The notes below the pieces were generated by a model that had not been told where the DNA came from, ran no database searches, and was given only the letters and a program-made list of their open reading frames with translations. A stretch of DNA of 32,000 nucleotides, from contig NZ_BFBP01000010.1 in assembly GCF_003112695.1 (NCBI RefSeq), forward strand, positions 116,438-148,437. The letters run 5' to 3'. Below, one piece after another: positions 28,811-32,000 of the stretch; position 1 is the first letter of the stretch, and each line of letters begins with the position of its first letter. This DNA is from Azospira sp. I13. GTDB lineage: Bacteria > Pseudomonadota > Gammaproteobacteria > Burkholderiales > Rhodocyclaceae. The position numbers were made by a program, and so were the translations under genes.

Positions 28811-29545
28811 TCATTTCCCCGCGGCGGCCAGCCGCAGGGCAAAACCGTTGGGGTACCGCAAATCCACTACCTGGGGCCGGGGCGAACGCTCCGCCAGCAC
28901 TGCCGGGTAAATTTCCACAAAGCGCGCCAGACGCTGGCCCACCGGGGCCTTGGGCTGCTCCCGCCCCAGCTCCAGCAAGAGGCCGTCGTCCAGCTTCAAC
29001 TGCCAGGCCAGGCGCGGCGACAGCACCAGCTGCCGCGGCTGCCGGCCCGTGGGCTGCAACTGGCGGGCGAAATCGTCGAAACGCCGCAGCACATCCGGCG
29101 CCGTGCCCAAAGGCCCGGCCAACTGGGGCAGCGCATCGGCCCGGGCCGGCGGCAGGCCGGCGGCGAACACTTCGCCGTAGGTATTCACCAGCTGGCCGCC
29201 CCCCTCGCCCCAGCGGGCGGCCGGACGATGCTCTTCCACCCGCACTTCCAGACGGGAAGGCCAGGCCCGGCGTACTTCCGCCTTGCGCACCCAGGGCAGT
29301 TTTTCCAGGGCACCCCGCAGGGCTTCCAGATTTACGCTGAAGAAATTGCCCCGCACCAGACCGGAAAGCGCCCGCTCCACCTCGCTGCGCTGCACTTCCT
29401 GCAACTCCTGGGAGAACACCACTTCCTTGAGGGGAAAGAGCGGCAGCCGGGCGGCCCCCAGCCCCAAGGCCACGAGCAGGGCCGCCGCGCCCGCTGCAAG
29501 CAGCAGGTCGGCAACCGCGGTCATGAGCTGGGGCTTGTGCCACAT
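28811..29545 (-). CDS. ftsQ: Cell division protein FtsQ
   Basis: 244 aa with an N-terminal TM helix and a POTRA region (..FPLKEVVFSQELQEVQRSEVERAL...NFFSVNLEALRGALEKLPWVRKAEVRRAWPSRLEVRVEEH..). It lies between ddl and ftsA. Confidence 0.9.
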   Translation of the reverse strand: MWHKPQLMTAVADLLLAAGAAALLVALGLGAARLPLFPLKEVVFSQELQEVQRSEVERALSGLVRGNFFSVNLEALRGALEKLPWVRKAEVRRAWPSRLEVRVEEHRPAARWGEGGGQLVNTYGEVFAAGLPPARADALPQLAGPLGTAPDVLRRFDDFARQLQPTGRQPRQLVLSPRLAWQLKLDDGLLLELGREQPKAPVGQRLARFVEIYPAVLAERSPRPQVVDLRYPNGFALRLAAAGK

Positions 29546-29560
29546 GGCGCCTCGCTGTCT

Positions 29561-30481
29561 TTAGCCCAGGGTGGCGAGGGCCAGGACCCTCAGCACCAGC
29601 TGTTCGTAATCCATGCCCGCCACCCGGGCCGCCATGGGCACCAGGGAGTGGTCGGTCATGCCGGGGGAGGTATTCACCTCCAGGTAGTAATGGTTGCCGG
29701 CCTCGTCCATGAGGAAATCCACCCGGCCCCAGCCACGGCCACCGATGGCCCGAAAGGCCTTCAGGGCGCCAGCCTGGATCTCGGCCTCTTTCGCAGCAGA
29801 AAGGCCGCAGGGGCAGAGGTAGCGGGTGTCGTCCCGCAGATACTTGGCTTCGTAGTCGTAGAACTCGTTGGCCGGTTCGATCTTGATGATGGGCAGGGCC
29901 TGCATGTCATCGCCCTCACCGATGATGGCGACGGTGTATTCGCCACCGGTGATGCCCTGCTCCACCAGCACCAGCTTGTCGTGCGCGGCCGCGGCGGCGT
30001 AGGCGGCGCGCAGCCCGCCCTCGGCCTTGACCTTGGAGATGCCGATGGAAGAACCCTCGCAGGCCGGCTTGACGAACAGGGGCAGGCCCAGCTCCTCTTC
30101 CACTTCGGCGAAATCGCTGTGCTCGTTGAGCAGGGCGTAGGCCGGAATGGGCAGGCCGACGGCCTGCCACATCAGCTTGGTGCGCCACTTGTCCATGCCC
30201 AGAGCAGAAGCCAGGACACCGCTGCCGGTATAGGGGATGCCCATCAGCTCCAGGGCCCCCTGGATGGTGCCGTCTTCGCCGAAGCGGCCGTGCAGGGCGA
30301 TGAAGGCCCGGTCGAAGCCCTTCAGCTCATCCAGGGAACGCTCCGCCGGATCAAAGGCATGGGCATCCACGCCCTGGTGTTGCAGGGCCGCCAGGACGCG
30401 GGAGCCGCTGTTGAGGGACACAGCCCGCTCGGCGGACTTGCCGCCGAAGAGAACCGCCACTTTGCCAAAATTCTTGTTCAT
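29561..30481 (-). CDS. ddl: D-alanine--D-alanine ligase
   Basis: The start is taken at ATG 30481 ([26 protein letters not shown], aligning with the DdlB N-terminus). The track start at 30496 is a GTG overlapping murC. ATP-grasp motifs are present. Confidence 0.93.
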   Translation of the reverse strand: MNKNFGKVAVLFGGKSAERAVSLNSGSRVLAALQHQGVDAHAFDPAERSLDELKGFDRAFIALHGRFGEDGTIQGALELMGIPYTGSGVLASALGMDKWRTKLMWQAVGLPIPAYALLNEHSDFAEVEEELGLPLFVKPACEGSSIGISKVKAEGGLRAAYAAAAAHDKLVLVEQGITGGEYTVAIIGEGDDMQALPIIKIEPANEFYDYEAKYLRDDTRYLCPCGLSAAKEAEIQAGALKAFRAIGGRGWGRVDFLMDEAGNHYYLEVNTSPGMTDHSLVPMAARVAGMDYEQLVLRVLALATLG

Positions 30482-30488
30482 CGCTTTC

Positions 30489-31892
30489 TCACGCACTCAC
30501 TTGCTTGGTCGCCAGCTTGCCGGGCACGGCGCCGATGGAACCGGCCCCCATGGTCAGCACCACGTCACCGTCCCGCACCGTATCCAGAATGGTCTGGGGC
30601 ATGGCGGCGACGTCCTCCACGAACACCGGCTCCACCTTGCCGCCCACTCGCAGGGCCCGGGCCAGGGCACGACCGTCGGCGGCGACGATGGGCTGCTCGC
30701 CGGCGGCATAGACCTCGGCCAGCAACAGGGTGTCCACCGTGGCCAGTACCTTGACGAAATCTTCGAAGCAGTCCCGGGTGCGGCTGTAGCGGTGGGGCTG
30801 GAAGGCCAGCACCAGACGGCGCCCCGGGAAGGCCCCCCGGGCGGCCGCCAGGGTGGCCGCCATTTCCACCGGGTGATGGCCGTAATCGTCCACCAAAGTG
30901 AAGCTGCCGCCGGTCGGGCAGGCCACCTCGCCGTAACGCTGGAAGCGCCGGCCAACCCCCTTGAACTCGGCCAGGGCCTTGATAATGGCGGCGTCCGCCA
31001 CCCCCACTTCGGTCGCCACGGCGATGGCCGCCAGGGCATTGAGCACATAGTGGCGGCCCGGCAGGTTGAGGGTGATGGGCAGGCGGGTGGTGCTGCCGTT
31101 CACCCGCACCGCATCGAACTTCATCTGGCCACCGGCCTCGACGATGTTTTCCGCATAGACATTGCAGGAGGCCGGATCGAGGCCGTAGCGGATCACCTGC
31201 TTGGGCACCTGGGGCAGGATTTCCCGCACATTGGGGTCATCCACGCAGAGCACCGCCACGCCGTAGAAGGGCAGGCGGTTGAGGAAATCGACGAAGGCGC
31301 CCTTGAGCCGGCCGAAGTCGTGGCCGTAGGTTTCCATGTGGTCGGCATCGATGTTGGTGACGATGGAAATCACCGGCGACAGCATCAGGAAGGAGGCGTC
31401 GGATTCATCGGCTTCGGCCACCAGGAAGTCGCCGGAGCCCAGACGGGCATTGGCGCCGGCTGCATTGAGGCGGCCGCCGATGACGAAGGTCGGGTCCAGG
31501 CCGCCTTCAGCCAGGATGGAAGCCACCAGGCTGGTGGTGGTGGTCTTGCCATGGGTGCCGGCGACGGCGATGCCCTGCTTCAGGCGCATCAGTTCGGCCA
31601 GCATCTGGGCCCGGGGCACCACCGGGATACGGGCCTCCCGGGCCGCCACCACTTCCGGGTTGTCGGCCTTGACGGCGGTGGACACCACCACGGCATCGGC
31701 CCCGGCGATATGGTCGGCGTCGTGGCCCTTGACGACCTGGGCGCCCTGGGCCGTGAGGCGGGCCGTGGCGGCATTCTCACCGAGGTCGGAACCGGACACC
31801 TGATAGCCCAGATTGAGCAGCACCTCGGCGATGCCGCTCATGCCCGAGCCGCCGATACCGACGAAGTGCAGGTGTTTGATCTTGTGTTTCAT
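30489..31892 (-). CDS. murC: UDP-N-acetylmuramate--L-alanine ligase
   Basis: The start is taken at ATG 31892 ([25 protein letters not shown]). The ..[11 protein letters not shown].. P-loop is present. The start shares an ATGA overlap with the murG stop. Confidence 0.95.
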   Translation of the reverse strand: MKHKIKHLHFVGIGGSGMSGIAEVLLNLGYQVSGSDLGENAATARLTAQGAQVVKGHDADHIAGADAVVVSTAVKADNPEVVAAREARIPVVPRAQMLAELMRLKQGIAVAGTHGKTTTTSLVASILAEGGLDPTFVIGGRLNAAGANARLGSGDFLVAEADESDASFLMLSPVISIVTNIDADHMETYGHDFGRLKGAFVDFLNRLPFYGVAVLCVDDPNVREILPQVPKQVIRYGLDPASCNVYAENIVEAGGQMKFDAVRVNGSTTRLPITLNLPGRHYVLNALAAIAVATEVGVADAAIIKALAEFKGVGRRFQRYGEVACPTGGSFTLVDDYGHHPVEMAATLAAARGAFPGRRLVLAFQPHRYSRTRDCFEDFVKVLATVDTLLLAEVYAAGEQPIVAADGRALARALRVGGKVEPVFVEDVAAMPQTILDTVRDGDVVLTMGAGSIGAVPGKLATKQVSA

Positions 31893-32000
31893 GCTTTGCT
31901 CGCTGCTTCCATGCACGCCTTGGCCACCATGGCCGTAGCGTCGGGTTTGGCCAGTTCGCGCGCCTTCTCGGCCATCTGGGCGAGCTGGCTGCGGGGCATG
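31889..32000 (-). CDS. murG: UDP-N-acetylglucosamine transferase MurG (3' end only)
   Basis: Absent from the ORF track because it is truncated by the window edge. The minus frame reads ..[36 protein letters not shown], a typical MurG C-terminus in the expected dcw position. Confidence 0.8.
   Translation of the reverse strand, partial: MPRSQLAQMAEKARELAKPDATAMVAKACMEAASKA

Noticed and set aside
29228-30754. 508-aa plus-strand ORF, plus the 246-aa alternative minus frame at 28803..29543
   Set aside because: These are shadow frames over ftsQ, ddl and murC. The FtsQ (POTRA), Ddl and MurC frames carry the recognisable motifs.

Overview
High-GC chromosomal segment with betaproteobacterial-type gene order (my guess from synteny; no search was run). 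It is almost entirely conserved housekeeping DNA. The genes in order are kup (partial), minCDE, a porin, trpEGDC, gph, rpe, apaG, a SAM methyltransferase, oxyR divergent from a di-haem cytochrome c peroxidase, argJ, secA, an M23 peptidase, a DUF721/DciA-like gene, lpxC, and the end of the dcw cluster (ftsZ, ftsA, ftsQ, ddl, murC, partial murG). The one clearly accessory region is about 13.9-19.4 kb. Its core is a very small (~4.7 kb) integrative element inserted at the 3' end of argJ, not at a tRNA. The element encodes only a P4-type tyrosine integrase, an AlpA-family regulator/excisionase, a Toprim + DUF3631-type primase/replicase and one translationally coupled 122-aa ORF of unknown function. 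It is bounded by a 17/18-bp direct repeat and by duplicated terminator-like hairpins. Seven copies of an ACCCGGTT motif cluster at both ends, as expected for arm-type sites. This int-alpA-primase-only layout resembles minimalist phage satellites and is my best candidate for something new. Other points worth checking are a perfect OxyR tetrad plus a perfect FNR box in the oxyR/ccp intergenic region, a Trp-rich mini-ORF upstream of trpE, and two orphan small ORFs between ccp and the element. Many long ORFs in the supplied track are antisense shadows of real genes. Two real edge-truncated genes (kup, murG) are missing from the track. No CRISPR array, rRNA or tRNA was recognised.
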